Assembly (NCBI GenBank): GCA_964346995.1
Contig: CAYFXT010000001.1
Coordinates: forward strand, 1 to 42,718
Reading direction: 5' to 3'
From: an uncultured Spirochaetaceae bacterium
Lineage (GTDB): Bacteria > Spirochaetota > Spirochaetia > SZUA-6 > Bin103
Length of the DNA stretch: 42,718 bases
Part shown: in pieces, positions 1-8,777 of the stretch
Numbering within the stretch: the first letter of the stretch is position 1
Layout: each line of letters starts with the position of its first letter
The notes under the pieces: model-generated
The model's input: the letters and a program-made list of their open reading frames with translations, nothing else
Told to the model about the DNA's origin: nothing
Database searches by the model: none
Translations under genes and position numbers: made by a program

Positions 1-93
1 CTGGCGCTGAGCCCGATCGTCTACTACCTCTCCTTCTCGACCGTGCTGGTGTTCCTGACCGTACGCGTGATCGAGCGTAACAGGTGGACCTGA
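1..93 (+). CDS. 3' end of an ABC-2-type transporter permease (GldF-like), truncated by the window start
   Basis: Frame 1 is open from nt 1 and ends at TGA 91-93. It encodes a hydrophobic C-terminus (LALSPIVYYLSFSTVLVFLTVRVIERNRWT). The stop lies 1 nt before the GldG-like start, the usual permease-GldG order. Confidence 0.45.
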   Translation: MALSPIVYYLSFSTVLVFLTVRVIERNRWT

Positions 94-94
94 C

Positions 95-1528
95 ATGAGC
101 GATTTCCTTTCCGCACAGATACGCCGCTTGCGCGAGAGCAAGCAGGTGCGCTACGGCGGCTACGCACTGCTGACCTCGCTCGGCATGGTGGCAGTGCTGG
201 TGCTGATCAATCTGGTCGTGGACCAGTTCGCGCTGGAGGCGGACCTTACCCAGAATCGGTTGTTCACCCTCTCCGAACAGACCTTCCAGGTGTTGGACAA
301 TCTCGAAAGTGACGTCACCGTGTACCAGATCGGCACCACGGGGCGCGAGAATCCGCTGATCACCTCGGTGCTGGAGCGCTACACCCGGCGTAGCAGCCAC
401 GTCAGGATGGCCACCCTCGACCCGGAACGCAACCCGGGGCTGGCCGCGAGGTACGAAGAGGAGGGGCAGGTGCGTCCCGGCGGACTGATCGTCGACGGCG
501 GCGACCGGTTCCGGATGATCAGCCAGTTCGACATCTTCAACGTCAACATGCAGACCCGGCAGGCCACCTCGCTCTCCCTGGAGCAGGAACTCACCGCGGC
601 GCTGCTATACGTGACCACCGGCGACCTGCCCAAGGTGTACCTGCTGGAGGGCCACGGCGAGCAGGCGATGTTCCAGCTCGGCATGTCGGGCCTGAGCGTG
701 CGCGAGCTGCTGGAGAACGACAACTACGAGGTGGACACGCTCGACCTGGTCTCGCGCGATACCGTCCCCGAGGATGTCGATGTCCTGCTGGTGGTCGAGC
801 CGGAGCAGGATCTGACCGCAGCCGAGACCGCGCGGCTCGATGGCTGGATGCGCGACGGCGGGCGCGTGGTGTTCGTGCTGCAAGGGGCACGGCGCAACGA
901 GCTGCCCAACCTGGCCGAGTTGCTGGCCGGGTTCGGGGTGCATCTGGTGCGCGGCATCATCGTCGAGGAGGCGGGCCGCCACACGCCCGACAGCCCGGCG
1001 TTTCTGGTGCCGGAGATGACCTCGCACGAGATCGTGGCGCCGATGCGCGGTGCGCGGCTGTTCACCGTGATGCCCGCGGCGGGGCCGATCGAGGAACTGG
1101 AGACCAGGCGCCGCACGCTGAAAGTGGAGTCGTTTCTCAACACCTCCGAGGGGTCGTTTCTGCGCACCGACTTCAACATCCAGTCGGTGGAGCAGCAGGA
1201 GGGCGAGCCGAACGGGCCGTTCTCGGTCGGTGTGGCGATTACCGACAACGATCTGGACGGCTACGTGAAGTCGCGGGTGGTGGTGTTCTCGTCCGCACTG
1301 TTCCTGAGCCAGCCCTACCAGGCCAACTACGACATGCTGCTCAACAGTCTGAGCTGGGCGCGCAGCCGCGAGGAGTCGATCTCGATCCGCGCCAAGTCGC
1401 TGCGTACCTTCCCGCTGCGCATCACCCGGCTGGCGGCGCTGATCATCTCCGGGGTGGCGGTGCTGATCATCCCGCTGGGCGTGCTTGGCGCCGGCCTGGC
1501 GGTGTGGCTGCGCCGCCGCCACCTGTAA
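95..1528 (+). CDS. GldG-like ABC-transporter-associated protein (ABC-type uncharacterised transport system auxiliary component)
   Basis: 477-aa ORF with an N-terminal TM (YALLTSLGMVAVLVLINLVV) and a C-terminal TM anchor (LAALIISGVAVLIIPLGVLGAGLAVWL). The overall layout is typical of GldG family proteins, and a DUF4340 gene follows. Confidence 0.8.
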   Translation: MSDFLSAQIRRLRESKQVRYGGYALLTSLGMVAVLVLINLVVDQFALEADLTQNRLFTLSEQTFQVLDNLESDVTVYQIGTTGRENPLITSVLERYTRRSSHVRMATLDPERNPGLAARYEEEGQVRPGGLIVDGGDRFRMISQFDIFNVNMQTRQATSLSLEQELTAALLYVTTGDLPKVYLLEGHGEQAMFQLGMSGLSVRELLENDNYEVDTLDLVSRDTVPEDVDVLLVVEPEQDLTAAETARLDGWMRDGGRVVFVLQGARRNELPNLAELLAGFGVHLVRGIIVEEAGRHTPDSPAFLVPEMTSHEIVAPMRGARLFTVMPAAGPIEELETRRRTLKVESFLNTSEGSFLRTDFNIQSVEQQEGEPNGPFSVGVAITDNDLDGYVKSRVVVFSSALFLSQPYQANYDMLLNSLSWARSREESISIRAKSLRTFPLRITRLAALIISGVAVLIIPLGVLGAGLAVWLRRRHL

Positions 1529-1550
1529 GGTAAGGTGGGGGGAACGGCGG

Positions 1551-1806
1551 ATGAGCCACGCAAAGCGCCCTGAAGCCTCGCCTGCGGCGCCGCTACCGAC
1601 CCGAACCAGGCCTGCCCCATGAGCCGTCGCAAATCCGACACGCCCCCAGGCAGACACGCCGCTCCGAAGCAGGTCGCGGCGGCGTGCGGGCGGCGACACT
1701 GGTACCGAGGGGCAGCAGGATGAGCGACCACGCCGAGATGAGCCGTCCGGACGTGGGTCGCGGCGGCGTTCGGCCATGCCACCGGCATCGGGAAGCGGCA
1801 GGATGA
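1551..1806 (+). other. Three tandem mini-ORFs (23, 34 and 28 aa) chained by ATGA stop/start overlaps and running into the DUF4340 start
   Basis: The ATGs are at 1551, 1619 and 1720. The stops are TGA 1620-1622, 1721-1723 and 1804-1806. Each TGA overlaps the next ATG (1619, 1720, 1803), and all four starts read ATGAGC. Confidence 0.4.
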
Positions 1807-1853
1807 GCGACCACACCGAGAGCCGTTCGGACGCGGGGCGCGGCGGTGTGCGG
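1711..1853 (+). repeat. Imperfect direct repeat (~60 bp x2, roughly 88% identical) duplicating the ribosome-binding region and first ~17 codons of the DUF4340 gene
   Basis: Copy 1 is at 1711-1773 (gcaggATGAGCGACCACGCCGAG..GGTCGCGGCGGCGTTCGG). Copy 2 is at 1795-1853 (gcaggATGAGCGACCACACCGAG..GGGCGCGGCGGTGTGCGG). A third, more degenerate copy lies at about 1615-1695. Confidence 0.8.
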
Positions 1854-3251
1854 CGCCTGATCATCCTCTCCGCCATGGTGGTGGTGGTCGCCGCTCTGGT
1901 GGTGCTCCTGACCGTGGTGCGCAACCGTGAGCCGCAGATCCCGGAGGCCGATCCCACGCCCGGCAAGCCGGAGATTTCACGCGTCGATATCGAGCGCATT
2001 ACCGCCGTCTCGCTGACCGGACCGGGGCGCGAGCAGGCGTTCACGATGCAGCGCGGTGAGTCGGGCTGGCAGATCGACGGGATCGGGAGCGAGATTCCGA
2101 TCAAGGAATCACGGATCAAGGATATCCTGTACAGCTTCGGCAGCCTGTACGCGGAGCGGGTGGTCGAGGAGGACGCCGCCGACCTGAAGCAGTACGGACT
2201 CGATCCACCCGCGGTGGTGGCGGTGGCCACGCTCGACGACGGCGGCACCATCGAGGTGTATCTCGGCGACCGTACTCCGGCCGGCAACACCTGGTATCTG
2301 GGGGTGCCAGGCAAACGCATCGTGTACGCGGTGTGGACCAACCACGGCAACCACTACTACTACACCCCTGCCGACATGCGCGGCGACGAGCTGCCGGCGG
2401 TCACCGGCGAGGCGCTCAACTACCTGCGCCTGCGCGGTCCCGAGATCGCCACCCTGGAGATCGTCGAGACCAACCCGCTCGACACCCGTTTCGCCCACCT
2501 GCTGACCCGGCTGGCGATCGTGCAGCCGTACGCGTTTCCGCGCGCCATCGACAGCGAAGAGTTTGCGGGCGTGCAGTCGGCGGTGGCGGCGCCGCGAATC
2601 GACCGGATCGTGAGCGACGACCCCGGCGCGGACGCACGGTACGGGCTGGCGCCGCCGCGCTTCGAGGTGCTGATGCGCGACTCCCAGGACGGCGTGGTGG
2701 AACTGCTGTTCGGCAACGAGCAGGACGGCGAGATCTTCTTCCAGGTGGCGGGGCGGGCCACGGTGTACGCGATGAAGCGGTCGCGCGCCGGCGTGCTCGA
2801 CCTCGATCCATTCGCGCTGGTCGACAAGTTCGTGCTGATCCTCAACATCGAGGCCGTGGACGCCATCGAGATTGCCCATCCCGGCGGCGCCAATCTGCTC
2901 ACCATCGAGCGTACCGGTTCGGGCGACGACCTGGTGGAAAGCTTCGCAATCGACGGCGTGGCAATGGAGGATAAGCCGTTCCGCGAATTGTATCAGCTCA
3001 TCATCGGCCTGCTCGGCGACGCGGAGGTGCCGCCGGACGATCGGGCGGCCGCGCTGGAGACCGAGCCGGAGATGCGCATCGACTACCGTATGAATACGTC
3101 GCCCGATGAGACCCTGTCGGTGGCGTTGGTCCCCTACGACCGCCAGTTCTACGTTGCGGTGCGCGAGGGAGCGGCAGAATTCATGGTTTCGCGCGCGCAG
3201 GTCGCCCGTCTGCTCGACGGCCTCGCGGCGCACAGCGGCGGCTCCAGGTAA
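1803..3251 (+). CDS. DUF4340 domain-containing protein (GldG-associated)
   Basis: The ORF has an N-terminal TM (LIILSAMVVVVAALVVLLTVV) followed by a long periplasmic-type domain. Its position directly after the GldG-like gene is the conserved arrangement. An in-frame alternative ATG at 1776 exists, but 1803 is preferred (ggcaggATG, ATGA-coupled to the upstream mini-ORF). Confidence 0.75.
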   Translation: MSDHTESRSDAGRGGVRRLIILSAMVVVVAALVVLLTVVRNREPQIPEADPTPGKPEISRVDIERITAVSLTGPGREQAFTMQRGESGWQIDGIGSEIPIKESRIKDILYSFGSLYAERVVEEDAADLKQYGLDPPAVVAVATLDDGGTIEVYLGDRTPAGNTWYLGVPGKRIVYAVWTNHGNHYYYTPADMRGDELPAVTGEALNYLRLRGPEIATLEIVETNPLDTRFAHLLTRLAIVQPYAFPRAIDSEEFAGVQSAVAAPRIDRIVSDDPGADARYGLAPPRFEVLMRDSQDGVVELLFGNEQDGEIFFQVAGRATVYAMKRSRAGVLDLDPFALVDKFVLILNIEAVDAIEIAHPGGANLLTIERTGSGDDLVESFAIDGVAMEDKPFRELYQLIIGLLGDAEVPPDDRAAALETEPEMRIDYRMNTSPDETLSVALVPYDRQFYVAVREGAAEFMVSRAQVARLLDGLAAHSGGSR

Positions 3252-3369
3252 CAACCGCACCTACTCCGGGGCAGCCGGCAACGACTCCGCGCCGGCCCGG
3301 TCACTCGTGCCACGGATGACGAGGAACGCTGCACAGGCATCGTCCGCTGACCGGCCACTTTCGGGCCGC

Positions 3370-4125
3370 TTACCGTGCCGGGCTGCTGATACCCAGTTCC
3401 GCCTCGCTGCGCCGCAGGTAGAACGGTCTCAGGTCCGCCGCGGACGTGACCGAGCTGCCGGCGGCAAGTTCCAGCATGGTCAACACGGCAGCGTGGCCGC
3501 GGCGGCGGTCGACGCGCCAGTGTTGCCCGGACGCCGGATCGGCGGCCCTGTCGGGCGAACCGTGCGTGACGGTGGCAGACCTGCGGCCCGCGTCCGACGC
3601 GACTTGCGCCGCGGCGGCGAACGGTATCGCGGCGGGGCCGGTGAGCAGCACCGGCTCTCCGGGCGTTGCCGCGGCACGGACGGTTTCCGCCATCGCTGCC
3701 GGCTGCTGATCCAGGTAGGGACCGACACGCTGTCCGTTACGGTAGCAGGCGCCGTAGAAGCGGCCCTTGCGTGCGTCGATCACCGGTACCACGAGGCCGC
3801 TGACGTGGCGCTGTTCCCAGGCCATGGCGTCCAGGCCGCACACGCCTGCCAGGTGCGCGCCACTCGCGGCGGCGATGCCCTTGGCGGTGGCGACGCCGAT
3901 GCGCACCCCGGTGAACGATCCCGGACCGACCCCTACCGCGATCAGCTCCACCTGTGCGACCGTCATTTCCAGGTCGGCGACCACGCGGTCGATGAGCGGG
4001 GCGAGCTGTGCCGCGTGCTGCAACCCGCAGTGTCGGGAGTGCGCGACCCAGGTGTCGCCGCGGACGGCGGCGACGGCGAGCGTCTCGGTGGCGGTGTCGA
4101 GCGCCAGAATGGTCGCGGTCACCAC
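3370..4125 (-). CDS. tsaB: tRNA N6-threonylcarbamoyladenosine (t6A) biosynthesis protein TsaB (YeaZ)
   Basis: ILALDTATE...GVGPGSFTGVRIGVATAKG is the TsaB/M22-like signature. The GTG start at 4125 (or 4122, giving a GTGA overlap) overlaps the tsaE stop at 4119-4121. Confidence 0.9.
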   Translation of the reverse strand: MVTATILALDTATETLAVAAVRGDTWVAHSRHCGLQHAAQLAPLIDRVVADLEMTVAQVELIAVGVGPGSFTGVRIGVATAKGIAAASGAHLAGVCGLDAMAWEQRHVSGLVVPVIDARKGRFYGACYRNGQRVGPYLDQQPAAMAETVRAAATPGEPVLLTGPAAIPFAAAAQVASDAGRRSATVTHGSPDRAADPASGQHWRVDRRRGHAAVLTMLELAAGSSVTSAADLRPFYLRRSEAELGISSPAR

Positions 4126-4601
4126 TCCGGCATCCCACCGGGATCGGTAATCCGCAACTCGCGGCTCAGATCGTCCGCTATGGTGATGCGTACGTGGATC
4201 GCATCGTCGGGCAACGTGTCGCCGGCGCGCTCAGGCCACTCCACCAGCGCTACGCCGGAGCCGTGGATGAAGTCGTCCAGCGCAAGAGACTCCAGTTGCG
4301 CGGCCGAATCGACGCGGTACAGATCGACGTGATACAGCGTCAGTGGCGCGGCGTCGCCATCTGCGCAGGCGTCGGGGGCTTCATATTCCAGCACCAGTTG
4401 ATAGGTCGGACTGGTAATCGCCTCGTCGATACCCAGTCCCCGGGCGATGCCCTTTGCGAACGTGGTCTTGCCGGCGCCGAGATCCCCTTGCAGCGCGATG
4501 ACTACGCCGCAGCTCGCCGCCAGCCGCTCGCGCAGGCTGGCGGCGAGCTGTTCCCCAGTGGCGATGGTGTCCTGCGGCGTGGCGCAGGTCACGCGCGTCA
4601 T
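4119..4601 (-). CDS. tsaE: tRNA t6A biosynthesis ATPase TsaE (YjeE)
   Basis: Contains the P-loop LQGDLGAGKTTFAKGIARGLG and the SPTYQLV motif. ATG 4601 overlaps the upstream gene's TGA (4598-4600) as ATGA. The ORF track's GTG at 4610 is an alternative start. Confidence 0.9.
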   Translation of the reverse strand: MTRVTCATPQDTIATGEQLAASLRERLAASCGVVIALQGDLGAGKTTFAKGIARGLGIDEAITSPTYQLVLEYEAPDACADGDAAPLTLYHVDLYRVDSAAQLESLALDDFIHGSGVALVEWPERAGDTLPDDAIHVRITIADDLSRELRITDPGGMPEW

Positions 4602-5710
4602 GCGGGCCACGCGCGCATCCGGAAACGGCCGACATTCGCCCGAGACTCGTCGGCAAAACGGTACAGATCATGCATGCGGCTGCACGACCGCCCTGTGAGG
4701 TGCACCAGCATCACGCCACCGCCCACGTTGCGGCGCGGCGATCGCACCACCTTCCCATACAGCGGCAGGCGTACCGTGCTCCCCAGTTCGATCTCCAGCG
4801 TGACCAGACGGCCGGCGGCGACCGGCGCAACGCTGCGGATGCGTGCCCAACAGGCGTCCAGCGAGATGAGGGTACCTAGCGCGGATGAGCGGCGCCGCCC
4901 GCGATCCTGGCGCCGGCTGCCCACCGAGGCCGCCGTCACCGGGGTCACCACGCAGCGCCTTGGCCGGCCCTGCACGCGAGACACGCCAAGTGGCGTGGAG
5001 CGCCGGACGATCAACAGTGCCGGTTGACCTGCCACCGGGGAGGTCCCGAGCACGGTCGCCAGCACGCCGTCCGCCGGCGCGGACGGCGCCGCCCGCCGCA
5101 CGGTCACCAGCATGCCGCGCCGCAACGACGGCGGTTCTCCGGCGTGTTCCCTGGGTAACGAGCAAGCCATCTCGTCGCCAAGGCTGGCCAGCACACGAGT
5201 CGTGATGCCCGGTTTCAGGACCGGTGTGAGGACGACCGACGTACCCGCGGCGCAGGAGGACAGGGAGCGGATGTCGGCCCGGCCGCCCGCCTCGACCTTG
5301 GCCTTGATCGACAGCAGAGCCGCCAACCGCTTGACGTGTGCGCCAGGGTGGCTCGGCGCGGGGTGGGGCAAGGCCGCCCGGCCGCGCTGCAGTACGGCGT
5401 CGAGGAGCGCCTGGTAGCGGAACAACTCCCACTCCTGCCGATAGTGCCCGACGCCGAGCAGGAAATGCAGCAGTCTGGTCTCCGCTCTGCTCAAGCCGAG
5501 CGCGCGTCCCATCCGCAGCAGTCGCCGGTGACCTGCGCCTGCGTCGCCGCCACGAATGCCCGCCCTCGCCAGCGCCACGGCAACGCAGAGGGCGCCCACG
5601 CCACCCCACCATACGACCTCGAAATGGCCCGCCGCCAGCGCGGCCGCCACGAGCTGCCGTGCCGCCGCGTAAGCGGCGTCGAGGATTTTCTGGTCTGCCT
5701 GCAGCAGCAT
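4598..5710 (-). CDS. Hypothetical protein (370 aa); the C-terminal part is possibly a degenerate PilZ-like beta-barrel
   Basis: GC at the third codon position is high throughout this frame. It has an ATG start and is ATGA-coupled to tsaE. The C-terminus (RGRRR...RLVTLEIELGSTVRLPLYGKVVRS...GVMLVHLT) loosely resembles PilZ, but no clean DxSxxG motif is present. Confidence 0.55.
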   Translation of the reverse strand: MLLQADQKILDAAYAAARQLVAAALAAGHFEVVWWGGVGALCVAVALARAGIRGGDAGAGHRRLLRMGRALGLSRAETRLLHFLLGVGHYRQEWELFRYQALLDAVLQRGRAALPHPAPSHPGAHVKRLAALLSIKAKVEAGGRADIRSLSSCAAGTSVVLTPVLKPGITTRVLASLGDEMACSLPREHAGEPPSLRRGMLVTVRRAAPSAPADGVLATVLGTSPVAGQPALLIVRRSTPLGVSRVQGRPRRCVVTPVTAASVGSRRQDRGRRRSSALGTLISLDACWARIRSVAPVAAGRLVTLEIELGSTVRLPLYGKVVRSPRRNVGGGVMLVHLTGRSCSRMHDLYRFADESRANVGRFRMRAWPA

Positions 5711-6017
5711 CGCCGCACCTGCCGCGCGCTACCGCCACGCAGCCGCCGCCCGGCAGCCTGGGCGATCCCATGCTGACGGCCAGAGGAGCGCCCCCGACGC
5801 CGACCCGGGTGCCAGAGCCCGTCGGGGCCGCACAGCGGTCCCCGGATCGCTCGAACGGCGAACGATAGCCCACGATTGCGTAGCGTGGGATAGTCCTGCC
5901 CGGCAGCCGCCCGGACCAAGCACGGTCACGCCATGACGCCCAGGATCGCAAACCGATGCACTCGGTTCGCCGGCTGGAGCGGCGTGTGCCGGCACCTGCC
6001 GCACTCCGACAACCTCA

Positions 6018-7148
6018 CTATGCCCGGAGCTGGTGCAGGTACTTGGGCGCCAGCGGGTCGTCGGGATCCAGCTCGCGAATGGTGGCAAAGTAGCGTCGCG
6101 CTTCGTCGAGCCGCCCCTGTTTCATCGCCAGGATTCCCATGTTCGAGATGATTTTGGTGTTCTCCGGGTCGAGTTGCAATGCGGCGCGCAGATTGCGTTC
6201 GGCAGCGCGGTAGCTGTGCAGCTCCAGGTGGCAGATGGCAAGCTCGTTGTACGTGTCAGCCAATCCCTCGGCATCAGCCTCGCGACCGTGCGACAGCACC
6301 GCTTCGAACGCCTGCCTTGCCTCGGCGAAGGCGCCGCTGCGCCGCAGGGCCCAGCCGCGCAGAAAGTGCGCCTGCCAGACGTCGGGATGGGCGGTGAGGA
6401 ATCGCTCGATCATGCGCAGACCGTCGGCTTCGGAGCCGCTGCGGATCAGATCGTAAGCGGCGCGGAAACTGTCCTCCGCCAACCCGTCGCTCGCCATTTG
6501 CCGCAGCGTGCGCTCCGCCTCGGCACGCCGCTCGGCGTCCCTGCCATGCTTGACGTACACCGCCAGGTGGGGCCGCGCTTCCCCGAAGCGGCGCTGCGTG
6601 AGATAGAAGTGAGCCAGGTTCAGGTGGGTATCGGCATGCAGCGGGTCGAGATCGAGCACCCGTCGATAGGCATGCTCGGCGTTCCGGCGCAGCCCCTCGG
6701 CTGCATCGGCGGTGTCGGTCCGCTCGACGGCGTTGGCGTGTTCCTCGTAAGCGAACGCCAGGTTGAGGCCAGCACTGAGGTCTTCGGGGTGCAATCCGAT
6801 GAGGGCGAGGAACAGCTCCTCGGCGATGGCGAAGTCGCCGTTGTGCGCCTTGATGATGCCCGCCTCGGTGAGTTCTGTCTTGATGGTCGGCTTGGCGGCG
6901 CGAATGAAGCGCCGGTAGTAGGGCGCGTCATGATGGTGGGGCTGATAGGCGAGGATCTTCAGCATGGCGGCGATCGTGGCGTCCCAGGTGAGTTCCTCGG
7001 GACTCACCGAGGTTGCGTCCTCCTCCAGCTCGATCGGCAGCGCGACCGAGGGGTCCACCTTGAACGCATCCAGTTCGTAATCGAAGTCGCCCGGCAGCGA
7101 GACGTAAGCGATGCGCGCCAGCGGATCGGGCACGCCATGCTCCCCCAT
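6018..7148 (-). CDS. Tetratricopeptide (TPR) repeat protein
   Basis: Multiple TPR-like A/Y/L repeats are present (e.g. AEHAYRRVLDLDPLHADTHLNLAHFYL, AERNLRAALQLDPENTKIISNMGILAM). The start was moved to ATG 7148 (MGEHGV...), because the upstream 65 codons are Arg-rich and overlap the divergent promoter region. Confidence 0.8.
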   Translation of the reverse strand: MGEHGVPDPLARIAYVSLPGDFDYELDAFKVDPSVALPIELEEDATSVSPEELTWDATIAAMLKILAYQPHHHDAPYYRRFIRAAKPTIKTELTEAGIIKAHNGDFAIAEELFLALIGLHPEDLSAGLNLAFAYEEHANAVERTDTADAAEGLRRNAEHAYRRVLDLDPLHADTHLNLAHFYLTQRRFGEARPHLAVYVKHGRDAERRAEAERTLRQMASDGLAEDSFRAAYDLIRSGSEADGLRMIERFLTAHPDVWQAHFLRGWALRRSGAFAEARQAFEAVLSHGREADAEGLADTYNELAICHLELHSYRAAERNLRAALQLDPENTKIISNMGILAMKQGRLDEARRYFATIRELDPDDPLAPKYLHQLRA

Positions 7149-7302
7149 GGGTGCAAAGATAACACCGCCATGGTCGGTCCGCCACCGAGTCCGTCGCGGG
7201 CGTGGCGTCCCCCGTTCGATCCGGTACGACGGATCGCCTTGTGACGCAATCCCGCGCCACGTAGGATGCCGTCGGTGCGCGCGGCGCGCACCAGTGCAAT
7301 CG

Positions 7303-8292
7303 ATGGCAAACCATTCGGTAGTGGGAATCGGCTTCGCGATCATGGACCACGTGGCGCACGTGTCGGCAGCGCGGATCCGCGAACTGGGCGTTCATCCTGG
7401 AACGATGCAGCTTGTCGACCAGCGGTTCAGCAGCGAGTTGCGCGGTAGCGAGCCGGCGGCGCGCATCCTGCCCGGTGGGAGCTGTGCCAATACCATGCGT
7501 GGCCTGGGCTGGCTCAATGCCTCCGGCGCTGCTCCCGCACTTGCGCAGCCGCTGTTTATCGGCGTAGTCGGTGACGACGCCGAGGGCCGAGCCTATGCGC
7601 GGGCGCTGCAACGCGAGGGAGTCGCGTGCTCCCTGCAGCGCCGTGCCGGGGCCACCGCCACCTCCACGGTGCTGGTGACACCGGGGGGGGAGCGCACCAT
7701 GTTCACCTGTCTCGCCATGAGTCCCCGGTTTGTCGAGCCGCTGCTACTGTCCGGCGAATTGGCGAACGCCGGCGCGTGTTACGCCACCGCATTCCTGTGC
7801 GACGTGGACACCAGTTGGTGGGCTCTGCGTCGTTGCGCAGCCGAAGCGGTACGGCACGGCGTGCCGGTGGTGTTCGACCTCGCCGACCCGCTGGCCGCCG
7901 AGCGCCACCGCGCCGCCCTTGCCGCCTGGTTGCCGGAAACGGCGGATGTCATCATCGGCAACCGCGCCGAACTGCATACACTGACCTGCTGCCGCCGTGA
8001 CCGCGATGCTCTGGCAGCGGCGGGGACGCTGGCTCCCGTGGTGGTCATGAAGACTGGCGCGGACGGGGCGCTGGTGTGGCAGCGCGGCGAGGTGTGCGAA
8101 GTGCCAACGGAGCCACGGGCACCGGTCGACACGACCGGCGCCGGTGACGCCTTTTCGGCGGGATTCCTGTTCCGGTGGCTGGCCGGCGAGGATGCCGGTG
8201 CCGCCGCCGGACTGGGCAACGCCGTGGCCGGCGGCATCGTCGGCGTGGACGGCTGCGACTACGCCAGCGTGGGACGCGCGCCGACTACCTGA
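7303..8292 (+). CDS. PfkB-family carbohydrate/nucleoside kinase
   Basis: Carries the C-terminal PfkB signature DTTGAGDAFSAGFL and the N-terminal VVGIGFAIMDH beta-strand. ATG 7303 was chosen because the track's 7111 start adds 64 Arg-rich, non-homologous codons. Confidence 0.85.
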   Translation: MANHSVVGIGFAIMDHVAHVSAARIRELGVHPGTMQLVDQRFSSELRGSEPAARILPGGSCANTMRGLGWLNASGAAPALAQPLFIGVVGDDAEGRAYARALQREGVACSLQRRAGATATSTVLVTPGGERTMFTCLAMSPRFVEPLLLSGELANAGACYATAFLCDVDTSWWALRRCAAEAVRHGVPVVFDLADPLAAERHRAALAAWLPETADVIIGNRAELHTLTCCRRDRDALAAAGTLAPVVVMKTGADGALVWQRGEVCEVPTEPRAPVDTTGAGDAFSAGFLFRWLAGEDAGAAAGLGNAVAGGIVGVDGCDYASVGRAPTT

Positions 8293-8378
8293 TCGTGGGA
8301 TCCGCCGCCCATACGGATGGGATGGCCACCCGCTTCGCCGCCTTCGGAGCGCCGTCTACAGACGACGGGTTCGGGGCA

Positions 8379-8759
8379 CTAGGCGTCGTCGGGCTCGGGT
8401 AGCGGAGCAGGCGCGGGTTCCTGGACGGCGGGTTCCTGGACGACTGTCGGCGGGCCTGACGGTGCCGGACTCAGCGCCCGATCGATCTGACCGATCAGGC
8501 GCGAAGCGATCTCTCCTGTTTTGCGCGCCTCTTCGGAAACCGTACCGTTCACCATGCGCTCCTTGAACAACTCGTCGACGATATTGAGCGCGGCAACGAT
8601 GGATACTTTCAGCGGGTCGCTCCAGGATACTTGCGTAGCGGTCGCCTCGAGACGCGCCCGGAAGTAGGGCATTACCTTGTTGAGATAGGCGGGATCCTCC
8701 TCACTGCGGATCATGAAGGAGGTGCCCAGCAGTTCCACGTGGGTCAGATGTTCGGCCAT
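8379..8759 (-). CDS. zapA: Cell division protein ZapA
   Basis: 126 aa. The sequence VELLGTSFMIRSEEDPAYLNKV...LKVSIVAALNIVDELFK matches the ZapA fold pattern. An SD-like AGGAAC sits upstream of ATG 8759. Confidence 0.85.
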   Translation of the reverse strand: MAEHLTHVELLGTSFMIRSEEDPAYLNKVMPYFRARLEATATQVSWSDPLKVSIVAALNIVDELFKERMVNGTVSEEARKTGEIASRLIGQIDRALSPAPSGPPTVVQEPAVQEPAPAPLPEPDDA

Positions 8760-8777
8760 CGTTCCTGATCGCCTGCC

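Noticed and set aside
605-2350. 581-aa minus-strand ORF across the GldG-like and DUF4340 genes
   Set aside because: It is antisense to two family-recognisable genes and crosses their intergenic gap. Its composition is Arg/Pro/Ser-rich and implausible, so it is a high-GC artefact.
8293-8378. 6S RNA (ssrS) downstream of zapA, as in E. coli
   Set aside because: Only 86 nt separate the convergent zapA and PfkB stops. That is too short for a ~180-nt 6S RNA, and no extended imperfect hairpin is present.
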